A stretch of DNA of 61,889 nucleotides, filler included, from Platydemus manokwari (Eukaryota): assembly GCA_037951405.1 (NCBI GenBank). It is 6 parts of 6 records of this genome, joined end to end, with 100 filler letters (N's around TTAATTAATTAA, not from the genome) between each part and the next. Parts side by side here need not be neighbours in the genome. Positions count along the whole stretch, not along the records: positions 21,061 to 30,486 come from JBBMOY011234209.1; positions 30,587 to 39,562 come from JBBMOY011320204.1; positions 39,663 to 51,091 come from JBBMOY010678875.1; 3 more parts are not named here. One strand, written 5' to 3'. Positions 26,561-39,738 of this stretch are shown one piece after another. How positions within the stretch are numbered: position 1 is the stretch's first letter; the number at the start of each line of letters is the position of its first letter. The position numbers and the translations under genes were made by a program. Under the pieces are notes generated by a model. That model was given only the letters and a program-made list of their open reading frames with translations, was not told the DNA's origin and did not search any database.

Positions 26561-27028
26561 TGTGAGTGGTAATTGTGACTGCTGTCTTATATAGGCAGTA
26601 ATGAGTCACTCTTTGAAATTCTCTACGATTAAATTTAATCCCATGCTAGAATTTATTTGTCCTGGGAAGAAATTCTCTGCGATTAAGTTTAATCGGCTGA
26701 ATATTTTATTTACTGCCTGTACTTATTGTGCGCGATAATAAATAACAACTTATTTGTCACTGTTATTGCACGTTAATATATTACGGGTTATTATTTTATG
26801 AATTAATTTATTATTGAGGGAATTTAATGGATTTCACTGATATTATTATTTTAAATATTTACGGATAATGATTACTATAAATATTTAATATATTATTTTA
26901 TAAATATCATTTCAAACTGATTTCACTAAATCAGTCCAAGAATTTTCCAGTAGCAAAGAATAAACACCGATTAAATAAAAATTAATACACATATAATACA
27001 TATTATCGTGCATAAAAGTACAGTTGTC
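26561..27028 (+). repeat. Dispersed ~470-bp repeat, copy 3 (putative solo LTR)
   Basis: Starts TGTGAGT and ends TTGTCA. The block aattaatttattattgagggaatttaatgg is the near reverse complement of ccattaaattccctgaataataaattaatt at ~4761-4790. Confidence 0.6.
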
Positions 27029-28012
27029 ATGAAAATTGATATGCAAAGTCGTCCAATGTTTAGTTTGATTCCGTGATAATATCAAAACTCCAACAATTAC
27101 ATGACAATAAAAGATGAGTTCGGAGAACTTTCTTTAGATAATTTCGTTTGGAAACTCTTTGAGAAAGTCAGTGCAGTTTGAGCACCTACGATAGACGCTG
27201 CTCCAAAGAGATGTGCTGAAAAATGATTCATTTAGTTTAAGTTCAAAGTGATAAGACATTTATTTAATAAAATATTTTTAAGAATAGAAAAATTTTCATT
27301 AAGATCGAGTTAATTCCAATATTTTACTAAGGGACAGTCAATTTCAATAAACGCTAGAGTTGGAAAATGTCTTTTAAATTTTTACAAAGTTGTTCTATAA
27401 TTATGACTCGGTTAATTTCTGTTAGAATGGAAATCTTTGATGAATATATTCAACATTGGTGAATGTTTCTTCTTGGAGTTTTTTATAATCATTATGAGAG
27501 AATCTGTTATCATGTTACAATATTTTTATTGATTTTTTAAGTTGATTTACTAAATTATATTTTACTACATAGCCATGAAAGTTTCCAAGGAGACAGAGAC
27601 ATGTTAAATGAATTTAATGTTAAATGAAACATTTTAATTTTTATAATCCTTGTGCCTTTATAAATATAATGAAAGCTACCTATTTGAACCATAATTTAAT
27701 AGTATGAATTGTTTTCATCCATAAAATCTTACAATTCCGTTACGAATCAAGTCAAAATAATAAAAATCGATAAATAGAAAATCGATTTTATGAACTGAAA
27801 TCAATCAAATATTAAATCAAAATTATCATTGATTTGAAGGCTAAATAATTTTGTTGGAATTGGAGATTGTTTTAATATATCAATTAGTTGTACTGCCTAA
27901 ATTTTTATGTTATTCACTTTTTAAATTCTAGGATGTTCAATTGCATGTACCATTCATAATATTCTCATTGCCTTCTTGTCATTTTGTAATCCGTTATTTT
28001 ATTGATCTTTAG

Positions 28013-30293
28013 AACTTGCTCATCAGCAGAAAGTGGAGGCAGTTCTTTAAAAGGATTCCATTACGAGCAAGATTCACAATAGTGTTGATTCTCGTTTTGA
28101 GTCATCTTATAGTTTACTTTCTCTGGAATCAGTACTACAAAGAATCGAAGGATACCAATGTGTGGAATAATCACAGAGAATCAGATTTGGAAAAAGATAA
28201 TTTCGATAACTCAGACAATGTTACAAATACCGATTACGAAATGTCCCGATATCAATATGGATACTTGGTGAGTGTGGTAAATTTGATGAAATTATGAAGA
28301 CACCAGTGACAGTTTATCGGACCCATCATTGCCATCTTTATGAGGATAGTTAACTTAAAATCATTGTGAAGGACGAAATAATTTTCGATGTCGGCTTGTT
28401 TCCAAATATTAAGTGAGAGTTGATGTCATCAATAAATCTATACAGATCCATGAGACGATATTGATTGTGAAATTTAAAAAAATTAAATGAAATCCTTTTA
28501 ATAATCTATAAATGAAAAGAAAATTGCTTATTTGTGATGAGTGTATTAAAATGGAACCGTTCATTCGTTTATTCGTAAATATATTTTTAATTATTTTATA
28601 ATCTTTCACATTCTCGATCAACATTGATTACCGGTTATTTATTGATTGTATTTTTATCGTGCTATTTTTAGAAAATAGCATGAGAAAATATCAAGAGCGA
28701 TATGCTCACTGATAAGATTGAATCCTTCAAATAGCGTCCACTTTTATATCGACTATTTCATTTAAGATTTTAATTATTAATAATCGATTTTAATTTCCAG
28801 AATCAAATAAACGTATCACTACCTCAATGCACTCCACAATCATCGAAATTAGGTATGGAACAGCTCAATATTGATTATTAACTCGATTTATCATTCCAGT
28901 TGGTCGCTTCATACCTGATCTCATTGCTTACCATTGGCATGTCATTGAATCGAAATATCCCCAAGTTTCCAAAGGTCATTGGAGTCCAGGTTGTCGAACG
29001 AAACAACGAGTAGCAATTATAATTCCTTATCGAAACAGAGCAATGCACATTAAAGTATTGGTAAACAATTTGCACGCTTTTCTCCAGAAACAACAACTGG
29101 ATTATGGAATTTTCGTCGTGGAACAGGTAACACTCATTTGGTAAACCAAATACATTTTCTCATTGCAATCAGCTCAATTTTAGTCATATAAATATACAAC
29201 CGAAAAATATTGATTCAATCAATAATAATCGTTATTAACCATCTCGACTAATATGAAATGATTCATACGCTGACGTCATCGTTTGTTAATCGTATTTGAT
29301 TTGTGAATGATTTTCGGTATTGATTTCTGTTCAATACAACAATTAATTAATGATTCGTTTTAATATGGAATTGTGAACGTTACCGAATGCATAAATCAAC
29401 ATGATTGACTGAATTACTAACTGATCGTCAAAACTATCCATTAGAAATGCCAAATTATGAATAGTATTGTCGAAGAAAAACTCTATAATAATGGGGCTGT
29501 CCATTAACATATCATAAATCAATTAACTGTAACTCAATCAAGAACAATAGTCTATCAATTGTAAGCTATTCAGAACTGAAAACAGCAATGAAAACATCAA
29601 TAACATCATCACAAAGCATTGCTATTACATCATTAAAAATGTTGACAACGGCAAATCACAGTGTTGAAAATGAAAAATCTTGTCCAATGCATTGTGACTT
29701 TATCCATTGTAATTTGTCTCATTTCGGTAACCATAGCAACCGTTGCGAGTTGCACAGATTTGATATTATAGAAAACAATGAAATTTGAACTGCAATTAAG
29801 GCAAATATTCATTTCCGATTTGTAAAGAAAACACAGCGTTGGCAATCAATCAATAAAAACTGATATGAGTGAGAATGACAAAAGCTAATGATGAAGTAAT
29901 AACGCACTGCTATTACGCACTAGCAATACTGATAAATGTAATCGATAAATTCATTGCATAAATTATTCTGATATCAATGAACCGATATTAAGAGAATTAA
30001 TCGATTTTCTGACGATGTCATTATTGTAACCAATGGTTCCATATTCATTAATTAAAACAAAGAAAACATTTTATATATATTATAAAACATCATTTGACAT
30101 TGTAGATACCGGGTACCAGCTTTAATCGAGCAATACTTTTTAATATTGGCTTTAAAGAATCTCTGAAATGGTATGATTTTGACTGCTTTGTGTTTCACGA
30201 CGTAGATTTGATTCCCGAAAACGATAATAATCTCTATCAGTGCGGTGATAATCCCCGACATTTATCGGCGCACATCGATAAATTTTCATACAA
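28013..30293 (+). CDS. GT7 beta-1,4-galactosyl/N-acetylgalactosaminyltransferase (B4GALT/bre-4-like), type II Golgi protein; start uncertain, 3' truncated by gap
   Basis: Exons 28013-28267 (TM ARFTIVLILVLSHLIVYFLW plus stem), 28801-28852 (LPQCTPQSSKL), 28900-29126 (VAIIIPYRNR...LQKQQLDYGIFVVEQ), 30106-30293 (FNRAILFNIGF...CFVFHDVDLIPENDNNLYQC..PRHLS.HIDKF). The PYRNR, FNRA and DVD motifs are GT7 signatures. Confidence 0.93.
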
Positions 30294-30486
30294 GTGCGTT
30301 TTGTGATTGGATTTATTTATCGTCACTTCATTAAATAGATTGATTGATATCATATTTGTGAGGTTTGAAATTTAAATTAAAAAATTTTTAATTTAATTTT
30401 TTAAATTAAATTTTTTAAATTAGCAACTAACAATATTGATTTATTGATTTTATATCATAATTGATTAACAGAATAATTTGATTTAT

Positions 30487-30586
30487 NNNNNNNNNNNNNN
30501 NNNNNNNNNNNNNNNNNNNNNNNNNNNNNNTTAATTAATTAANNNNNNNNNNNNNNNNNNNNNNNNNNNNNNNNNNNNNNNNNNNN
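30487..30586. other. Artificial contig linker
   Basis: N44-TTAATTAATTAA-N44. Confidence 0.98.
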
Positions 30587-30663
30587 CTTTGAGCACTCGC
30601 TACCCAGGACTGTTGAATCGCGGCAGAGCAATCCTACAGCATGACAATGCCCCAGCTCATACA
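30587..30663 (+). mobile_element. Mariner (Tc1/mariner) transposase fragment at contig edge
   Basis: Translates LSTRYPGLLNRGRAILQHDNAPAHT, which contains the mariner second catalytic Asp motif HDNAPAH. Confidence 0.85.
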
Positions 30664-33600
30664 TATGAACCGTCTGATTAGCTTTTGAAACTTGTATTTA
30701 TCAAATCCGTGTGTATTGACACTTTGAGAGCCCCACACATGTTATTCAAATTCAAGCCCCAATCAATTACAATCTGATATCTGAATATTTTTGATATTTG
30801 ATGATTTTGTGAAAAATTCATTTGACTCTTCCTTGATTGAAAATTTGACATTTATTTAATAATTAATGATGACTTGTACAATAACGATTTATATCGATTA
30901 TCTTTAAAGTTATATTTGTACAATAATGATTATTTTGATTATTTTTTGAGTTATAAAGTTTTCGTAAAATATTTATTTATTATTTTTTATAAAATAAGGC
31001 AAAAATTAAAAAAAAACAAAACCAATGATGGTATAAAATAATTTAAATATAGAAAGCTAAAATTAATAAGAAGTTATTAAAGGGACAAGGTTCCGAAAAG
31101 TAAATGAAATACAGTCAAAATTATGTTAATCGTCGAGTACAAAGTGCCCAAGTGAAATAACTATTTAAACTGAATCCAAAATCAGAAATCCGCTCAATTG
31201 ATAGACAATTGAAAAATTTTCAGGTGAAAAATTGTCATTTGAAAAATTATCGATCGGATATTTGAATATAATTTAAAGTACATAAGTGGACAATTAGTTT
31301 GCAATTAGAGAATAATTTAATATATGAAACAAATCTTTTAGTAATTCTTTTTCTTTATAAATAAATAACTAATTTTCCAAAAAAGTCCACTCTTTTGAAC
31401 ATCAATTAAATTATAAAAAAATTGTCTTTCCGAAATCATTAAGGGAAATTTAGTTCTTGCGATTCCAGTAAAATAGCTCTAGGAGTGTTCATAAAATTTA
31501 TTGATTGAGTTAACCTGAACTATTATTTTGGTTGCGAGTAAAGTTTCTAATTCTATATATATATAATTTATGTTGCTGCTTATAAAATTAGCAGGGTTTA
31601 TATTACAGTAATCAATACATCTGTGCTTCAATAATTCACTCTGTCGAGTTTGACTATAACTTTTCATCAACACAAACCAAGCGTATTTTTTATGGTTAAC
31701 TCATGTATTCCACATATCGTATTATTTTAATTATAGGTGATTTTGAAATTTTTCTGATACTGACATTTAGGTATCCCGTGAAAGATAAATATAAAATTCT
31801 GTGATGGCCATTATAGGAATTATTATATCAATAAATCCAAATTGTTGAAAACGACTATTTATTAATTTTATTTCGTGTTCCCTACTTATGTAATCCTTTA
31901 TCATCTTTTCGAGTAGTGATATAGCAACGACCAATATGTGCTTTATTGAAAGATATTTTCATGTTTCTGATTTTTCTGGGCTCGCCACAAAGAATTATAA
32001 AAATCGAGAAAGTCGATTAGCTTGATAATCTTCATTAATATATTAAATATTGTTGGTTTGAGATTGATTTTGTTGTTTACTGGTCCCAATAGGCTTCGAT
32101 AATGTGTATTGATGACCACACTATCGGAAAATTATAACTGAATATCTGAAGGTGTTATAAAATTTATTGAAGATTAATATTATTATATTAGGCTGAGTAT
32201 AACTGTTATTCTGATATTGTCGACTGAATTAAAGTTACATTATTAATTCGATGATATCTACTAAATTCAAGGTCAAAAAGGTAAATCTATACAGATAAAT
32301 TTATTGAAAAATATTAAAAAACAAATATTAATAAACGGTGAAACAAGCAAACAATTTTAATTCAATACCCAGTGCACCACAAAAGTGGATTACTGGAAAT
32401 CCCGAAAGCAGTATTAAAATATTTTAATTTAATTAATGTGGGTAATTAATCAATCATGCGGTAACCAAGAAAAATATTGAAATATCCTTACTCCGCTCAA
32501 TAATTTTTTGTCTAGTAAATCCTCACAGAATGATGTTCAAATCGTTTGGGTTGATGATGCCTGAATGATAATCTCGAAAGTCCGTGTTCCGAAACTTCTT
32601 GTGAATATTCATTTGGGATTTTTGTTATAGTGTCTGCGATTTGGTTATTATTGTCTGTGTGGTTGATTCGATTTCCGTATCCGTTCAAAGTGTGAAGTGA
32701 AAGTGTAAAAGTGAAAGTGTGTTCGATCAAAATTTTGATCTGTTTTTATACTGGCCAACATGGTGGATGGCCATTTTATTTAGATGCATTTTTTGCATTT
32801 CTTTCTTTGTCATTCAATATTACACTTTCTTACATTAATTAATTATCTTATCTTTATTAATCATTTATAGCTTCCACTTATTTTTATATCCATTTATTTT
32901 TATTTATTCTTTTTATTTATCCAATTTATTTCATTGTCGATGCACTACTCCTTCTCTTCCCTTACAAAAACCACAATTAAAAATAAATAAACAATAAATA
33001 AATAATATTCATAAACATAAAATTTAAAATCAAATTAAAAAATATTGATCCAATATTGATTAAAATAATCAAAGTCATCAAAATCATAAGAATGCTGATT
33101 GTTATACACAGGATATTGATTGTTAATCAAGAGTTCAGTGAAAATAAGATTCTGAAGCCTAAGTATGGGAGTGTGACGTATATTGTTTTCCAAACAAATA
33201 TTTACGTGTGGAACAGAACTACTTTAGAGAGAGGTTTATCTTTTAAAGTTATCAATCAATTATCTCAGGTGCTACACTCGAATTTTTTGAACGGTCACTG
33301 CACGTTTCTTGATTCTGATGTCATAATTTAACGTACTTTTAATCAGACTATTGATACCGGGTTTTATATTTATAATTTCTTTGTATTTTTTATTTACTGC
33401 AAAGGCCTAGAGGGTGTAGTCGAATATTATGATGTTTTTCCCTTCGATTACCTCTCTCTATCTTAATCATTAAAATAAAAATAAATGGAACTATAGTATC
33501 GAAATAACATAAAAGAACGTCATTAGAAATTTAAAAATACATTTTTTCATTAGACGTCTACTTTAAAGTCGGGAACAATACACTTTCCCTTATCTAATGT

Positions 33601-36600
33601 TTTTAAAGAATTCAAATATCACCATAATTACACTCATTATTCAATAAAATATAGAATTATCAAATATTGATATTCGTTTTCTTTTATTTACAAGATCTAA
33701 ATGTTAACCCAAACATCATGTTTGCTAAATACCACAGACGATTTTATCATATTTTGATCCTTTTTGACCGAGTTCATTGGGTTTCTGTTTCTTTGCTTTG
33801 TTCAGTCATTGTTGGGTTAAATCCCAAACGGACAAGTTGAACAATATTTTTTCATATCGAAAATTTAACTGTTAAAGAAAATTGATTGCATTTTATCAGT
33901 GCTTGCCTTTCTTATTGCAGACCGTGTCGAAGTTTTTATAAATTATATTTCGTTGATCAATTTATCGATGGAAAATTATATTGGTCAACAAAAATTTTGC
34001 TGCTTGAATGAAAGTGGGTTATTCTTTTATAGTTTTGTTCTGAGTTTTAGTCTGGATTTAAAATTGAGCCCTTGATTATGAAAGTGGTATAAGTCATTTC
34101 AACCTTTCAGAACCAAATTTCCATTTAAAAATGGTAATAAATTTCACAATCATATTAAATGCTGATTTACCGCCCCTAATTAATTGTCAAAATATTTCAT
34201 TCCATAATACACGAATATTTTTTAATTCTTTAGCATGCAAATCCCTTAATATCTCCAAACAAGAAATACATGACTTATACCACTTTCATAATCAAGGGCA
34301 CAAATATTTGAAATTTACTCTTTCAATCTATTTGTAAACCTAAGTTTGATTCCAACTTTAACAGTAATGAAATAATGACATTTTTTTAAGACTTTATTGA
34401 AATTAATAGAAATTTCAATTTATCAGCTCGATAATAACAAAATTGAATGTCGTAAATATTTATAAATAATTGACTGATAAACATTCCAAAAAGCACTTTC
34501 GGCTTAAGTTAAGAGGGTTTTTGACCTACTTTCGTAATAATGAATTTTTGCGTATGACATAATTTTATATCTTACTTTTATATATAATTGCGATGTTTGT
34601 TGTATTCGTATAATTAAATTTCATAATCTCAGTTTTCAAGATGTCGAATACACACAAAACATAGTTTTTAAATCAAGTTCCCATTCTGATCACAACACTT
34701 CTATACGACTATTTGAGTTTTTAAATTTAAACTTTTAAAATTATAAATCGAGTTAGTTGATTACAGGCATGTTTAATAATATCATTGTTTATTTTTATAA
34801 AATGATTTTAAAAATTTGCTTCTTATATTAAAATTGATGTCCTCGCTAACTTTCAATGAATTGCAATTTGACATACTTTGATCTCTTTATCAAATATTCA
34901 AATTGTAGGAGTTTTTGAAGTCCTAGTGGATTTAATATTTGATTTCAACCAACTAAAATTCTTCTTAAGCACTTAACTCAAAAATTCAAAATGTTTTTTA
35001 AAGAATATAACTAAATAAACTATATAGATTTTTGCAATACACTCCACAAATTTAACATTTCATTTTATGATTCCTTTTTTAACTTTAGCCGAATCAACAA
35101 TAGTGTGACAAATATTTAAGGTTTAAAATACTCCAATTAGTTAATTTCAATACTACAGAAAACTGTTTATTTAAATGAAATGAAGAGATGTGCGAATTAC
35201 ATGGCGGGGTTCCCTTATCAAATAATAAAACCAAACATGTCAAATTTGACGATTTTCCATTTTCCTAAAAGCTATCTTTGCCAAACTAATGAAAAGAATT
35301 TTTTTAGTTTTCATTTCCATAATAAACTTATTTCTCCTAATAACTCGATAATATTGTAAAATCTTTAAATGTTAACTGATTAGCTTAATGACTTCATGAA
35401 AAAATGAATTTTTTATCGGATATCATAAAGTAAGAATAAAGGCAGTCCGATTATAAAGACATCTGTTTGACACACCACCTGTAGTGATTTACCATATAAT
35501 CTATCATTTAATAATAATAATAATTTAATAATTAATATATAAAACACTGTTTCATCATTCAAATTATAGCCCACCAGAAATAAAAATCGGTTGAATGGAT
35601 AAACACGATTGAAAATATGGAGTTTGATTTCATTCATCGTTTTCACGTTGATCACTTGTAGTTTCACTTCATTCTTATATTGAAATCGAATATTTCTCAT
35701 TATTCTTGATATTTCACGATCGACTTCAATAAAATTTCGTCCAACAACTACCATTGTTTATCGAAATTGATTTTCAAGATAAATAGAATGGTTCTATGAA
35801 AATACTGATGCATTTAAACAAAATCATCACTATATTTATTTTAATTTTGAAATTTCTATAAATTAGATACTGTGTTTTCAAGCTAAAATTCTGGATGGAA
35901 TCAATTTGTTGATTGGTATTTTTTGAAATTACTATTAATAATTTTCATTTATTATTTGAAAACTTGGTTAAAATTAAGAAAAGACGTTCTAAAATAAAAT
36001 TTTTGATTTCTTTGAATATATTGCAAAAATTATACAGTTTATTTAATTATATTCATTAAAAACTAGTTGAATTTTTGGTTTGTGCTATCTGAAATGAATT
36101 TTAGTAATTTGCAATCAAAAATTAAATAAATTAGAGCTTTAGAATTTATAAAAAATGATTATTTTGAAATTGAGTTCGATCTGCAAATAAATATAAAATT
36201 AGTAAGGACTCCTGCTAGTAACATTATAAGCCATTGGGGAAATACGAGAAATGAGATAATTCAGTATGTGATGAGTTTCTCAAGTCAATTTTCTATTAAA
36301 ATATATAAATTTTTAACTGACCGATTGGATACACATGTAGGAAGCATGTATTTGAGGTAATCTTATAAAGATCTCTAGCAAATCATAGTGCCACAAATGC
36401 AAGGAAACTGCTGTTACTGTGGAAGAACTTGGTTTAACAATTCTGTATTTTCAGTAATTCACCTCTTAAATATTTTTACTTTTATTTCTGCTTTACAGAA
36501 TAGTATAAAAAAGGTTATAAAAATAAAACCACCGGTTTTTAATAATTTATCAATACACAATAGTTATCAATATCACGATTACTTCTTATTTTCGGTCTAA

Positions 36601-37343
36601 AACCTAAATCCCAGTACAAAAGGGAAAAATCTACAAGATAAATACAGTATTAAGATTTGGCATATTAATTAATATTCATTTGAAGATGAGTAAGGTCGGA
36701 TAAATCATTCATATGTTTTATTGGACATCTTATAACTACTTACGATACATTTGAAGTTGTATGACTTGAAATTATCTTTAAACTATCAGTAGAGATTATT
36801 TAATTTCTAAAATTACATATGACAAGTTTTGGAAAGAAGTTTGAAATCCGAATTTCAAACCATAATATTCATTTCGTTTTAGTTTAGACATGTTAAATCT
36901 GCCATATTTGATTTTATTCATGACATTAATAGATAATTTATCATTTCCTTTAGAATTGGAATGATTTTCTTGGCGAATATTTTTAAAATTTTAAGTTTCT
37001 TCCTTTTCTCCAAACTTCGCACACACATAAATTCAAATTCACTTATATTCCTCTAGTATGGAAGATTCTCTAGTAATTAATGACCCTTGGTACTTTGACA
37101 GCTATGTTTCAATATTTACATACATTAATAACTACATAGTTATACATAATCGATAATCCACCAACATAGAACGAGGATTTCAAATTGAGAAATAAAAACT
37201 TCGAAAAAATCGACATACAAACATGATTTGACCAATCCCAGTTCTGATAAATTGGTTATTAAAAATTGTAATTGATATTGGTAACATATTATTGGTCTAT
37301 AAATGGGTCGTTTACAAAAGAACCATTTTTATTTATTTTGAAA

Positions 37344-38212
37344 ATGAGAAGAGTTGTGAAAATAGTTCTTGGGATACTTATGTTCACAATTTTTATTTTT
37401 GTTTTGTTATTAGTGAAGAATTTTCAATATCATAAATACCTAGACCAAATTTTATTAGTGAAAGAAAGTGATTCGAATTCTTATTTGAACATACAACGAA
37501 TAGAATCGAAACATCATAATTTTTACAAAGGTATGTTACGAGTTGGGAATAAAGATATTACGGTCTTTTTATATGGCCAAGGAGATTTAATATCGAATAC
37601 TATTATTTCTAGAGGAGCTTGGGAAATTTTATGGTTAAATCAGATGACAACTTTTATTAAAATTCACAGTGGGATACAATTAATCGATCTCGGTTGTAAC
37701 TTGGGTGTTTACACTCTCACTGCAGCTTCATTTGGTAGTGATGTTATCGCAGTGGATGCCAATCGAAATCAAATAATTTTCAAAACAAAGTAAAAATCGT
37801 TTTAAATGCTATCTCAAATGTAAAGAAAGAATTTTCGATGAACACGGTAATGGACAATATTGGAAGTCAAGAGATTTTAGAGATCAAGAATAATTCATAT
37901 ACGGTGAGAAGCATTTTCCTCGATGAACTGTTACCATTGATAGATAAAAAAAGAAAAATAATAATCAAGATGGACATTCAAGGCAGTGAAATCAATGCTT
38001 TCAAGCAAGCATCCGAACTATTCGCCAAAAGTGAAATAATCGCTATTTTTATCGAATGGGTGTTGGTTAAAACGATGAAGGAATGCTACTCGCTAATATA
38101 TTTCTTAATGAGCAGACATTTTAGGCCGTACAAAGACTTTTTTTCAACACAAGAGTTAGAAGTATCAAATTACATATCCTGGCCTTATGATGTTATTTGG
38201 AGAAAGCAATAA
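37344..38212 (+). pseudogene. FkbM (Methyltransf_21) family SAM-dependent methyltransferase with N-terminal signal anchor; intronless, broken by a frameshift near 37760-37790 (pseudogene or assembly error)
   Basis: ATG at 37344, TM VVKIVLGILMFTIFIFVLLLV, then DLISNTIISRGAWE, motif I LIDLGCNLGVYTL and VIAVDA, with a stop at 37791-37793. A second frame, open from 37742, continues NNFQNKVKIVLNAIS...DNIGS...IIIKMDIQGSE...IFIEW...WPYDVIW. No GT-AG intron repairs the junction. Confidence 0.8.
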
Positions 38213-39562
38213 TTATATATCAAAATGGATCGTTTTTGAACAATCGAATTTTCATTTTATCACATATAATTAGTGGATAGTTGATCGGATGGTTTCATTC
38301 ATTGGTTATTAATAAGCATTGTGTAGAATCGGCTTGTATAGATCAAAAGACTGATTATTCTATCATTATTTTATTATTGTTATTAGATTTGTATTGCTAG
38401 ATAAACTTATCAGTGTGACTTCAAATAATTGATGTTTGATGTTGGAGTCAGTTATTGCAATGAGTGGATTTTATTTCAAAATCACAGAATAAATGGAACA
38501 AAATAATTTTTACTAAACACCATAATTACGAATCGATTTAAGCTCGAATAATTATTTTACAAAAAAGATATTCAAAATATTTAGTCTTATCGAGAGATAG
38601 CAGTGTATAACACTAGCAGATAGTATATTAAATAAAGTTATAAATATATTAATGTGTCTAGAAGATGTGATCCAGCTGGTAAAATTACTTTATTTGTTGT
38701 TATTATTATTTATATCGATTTTTACAAAGGTTTTCCTTTCAGAAAAGATTACTGGATTTCCAAATTTTGAATTCAAAGTTTTTTCTCCATTATTTCACCC
38801 TTTCAATGTGTCCGTTGTTAATAATAAATCGTTCCTTTATTGTCACCTTATTATACATAAACTTGACCTGACTTTGACTTCATGATTCAATGAATATCTT
38901 AAATACTGTTCTTTTATCATTGTATATGTTACTGTAATAAGATTAAGTTTTAATGATTTATTGGATGACAAAACTACTGAAAAATGTAACTGAAAAATCT
39001 ATCGGTGATTTATAAGGTTTTAAATTTGAAATTTTATAATGAGATTGTTGAGATTGATGACTGAACGCAACATTATCAATGCAGCCGCCTGCCATTAATA
39101 ATTGAATCAATAATCGTTTCTCAACTTGTTCTGTGATTCACAACTCGAAGCGTAGCGTATAAATAAAATTTATTAATGAAGTATAAAGAATAGCAAAAAT
39201 CGAAAACAAAAAAAAATATATCAAACGTTTAGCTTAGCATTTAAGGAAAAATCTGCAAATCGAATGGAAGAAAGAGAGAAGAAAATTAGATGATTAGTAT
39301 GTGCAATTAATAAAATATGATAAAGAATTATCATAAAATATTCATAAACTTTATTGATCAATGATAATTTTTATGATTACGTTAGACAAACATCAGAATA
39401 TTAATGGAATTAAGTGATTTAATGAAAGTATTTTAATCTGTGTGACTAGATATATGGTGAGATAATTCCTCTTATATCTGACTTGTCACAGTATCGTAGC
39501 ACAGATTACGTGCATTAAATTCGAGTTAATTTATTATACTATATATATATAGCAATGAATAA

Positions 39563-39662
39563 NNNNNNNNNNNNNNNNNNNNNNNNNNNNNNNNNNNNNN
39601 NNNNNNTTAATTAATTAANNNNNNNNNNNNNNNNNNNNNNNNNNNNNNNNNNNNNNNNNNNN
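39563..39662. other. Artificial contig linker
   Basis: N44-TTAATTAATTAA-N44. Confidence 0.98.
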
Positions 39663-39672
39663 TTATAAATAA

Positions 39673-39674
<2 letters not shown>

Positions 39675-39738
<64 letters not shown>
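39675..39738. repeat. (TTA)n microsatellite at contig edge
   Basis: About 21 perfect TTA units. Confidence 0.95.

Noticed and set aside
31000-37200. Short hydrophobic ORFs in AT-rich intergenic DNA (31479, 33056, 34131, 35413, 36388)
   Set aside because: I/F/L/N/K-biased composition is expected by chance in very AT-rich DNA; no motifs or exon chains.
37344-38212. Bacterial contamination as the source of the FkbM gene
   Set aside because: Flanks are gene-poor AT-rich DNA with a mariner fragment on the same contig, there is no operon, and the protein has a eukaryote-style signal anchor.
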